This document shows positions 34,430-34,778 of a stretch of 34,778 nucleotides of DNA, in pieces. Under the pieces are notes generated by a model. That model was given only the letters and a program-made list of their open reading frames with translations. It was not told the origin of the DNA and searched no databases. Source of the stretch: Octopus bimaculoides (lineage: Eukaryota); the NCBI RefSeq assembly GCF_001194135.2, contig NC_068994.1, positions 20,352,711 through 20,387,488 of the forward strand, read 5' to 3'. Every line of letters starts with the position of its first letter. Position 1 is the stretch's first letter. A program made the translations under genes and the position numbers.

Positions 34430-34778
34430 GGCTCAACTCTCCTCCCCTCTTCATCTAACCCTCCTCCCCTCTCCACTCTCCCTCTCACACCTACTTCCTC
34501 CCACCTACCTTTTCTCTCTTGCTCCGACTCCTACTTCTTGTCTTCACTCCTACTCTCCTTCTCTCTTCTCTTCACTCCTACCCATCTTCTCCCTTCCTCT
34601 TCTCCCTTCATCGTCACCCTTCCCTCTTAACCCCACCCCTACACAATCCAATCCCACTTTCCTATCCATCCCATCCCACCCCACCCCATCCCTTACACCC
34701 ACTCCTACATACCCCACCTCTACCCTGCTCTCAGCCTAACCCACGTACCCCACCTCTACCCCAACCCTCCGCCTAACC
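34430..34778. repeat. C/T-rich low-complexity tract ending in a 36-bp-period tandem unit
   Basis: accccacctctacc...gcctaacc at 34711 and 34747; runs off the window end. Confidence 0.8.

Overview
Eukaryotic, repeat-saturated, draft-quality genomic DNA with eight N gaps. The SINE, microsatellite and LINE content suggests a cephalopod (Octopus-like) genome; this is inferred, not verified. No intact protein-coding gene, rRNA, tRNA gene or CRISPR array is supported. The window is a layered graveyard of decayed mobile elements: about ten copies or fragments of R4/Dong-clade (RT plus restriction-like endonuclease) non-LTR retrotransposons stacked co-directionally in (AAT)n arrays; four pieces of an L1/Tx1-like family; one CR1-clade LINE; one Penelope-like element with a hammerhead-ribozyme-like motif; a mariner transposase fragment; tRNA-derived SINEs; Helitron/Helentron-like non-autonomous elements; and an interstitial degenerate (TTAGGG)n tract. 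The most interesting signals are a twin-priming-like 5' inversion in an RLE-type element, a 3'UTR stem-loop architecture shared across Dong families, a Dong-like family tailed by (ACAT)n instead of (AAT)n, a (GATA)n microsatellite born inside an endonuclease ORF, and an ORF1-to-ORF2-C-terminus deletion derivative of the Tx1-like family. I see no evidence for a wholly new biological system beyond these transposon-level observations. Element boundaries are approximate and family assignments rest on recognised motifs, not database searches.
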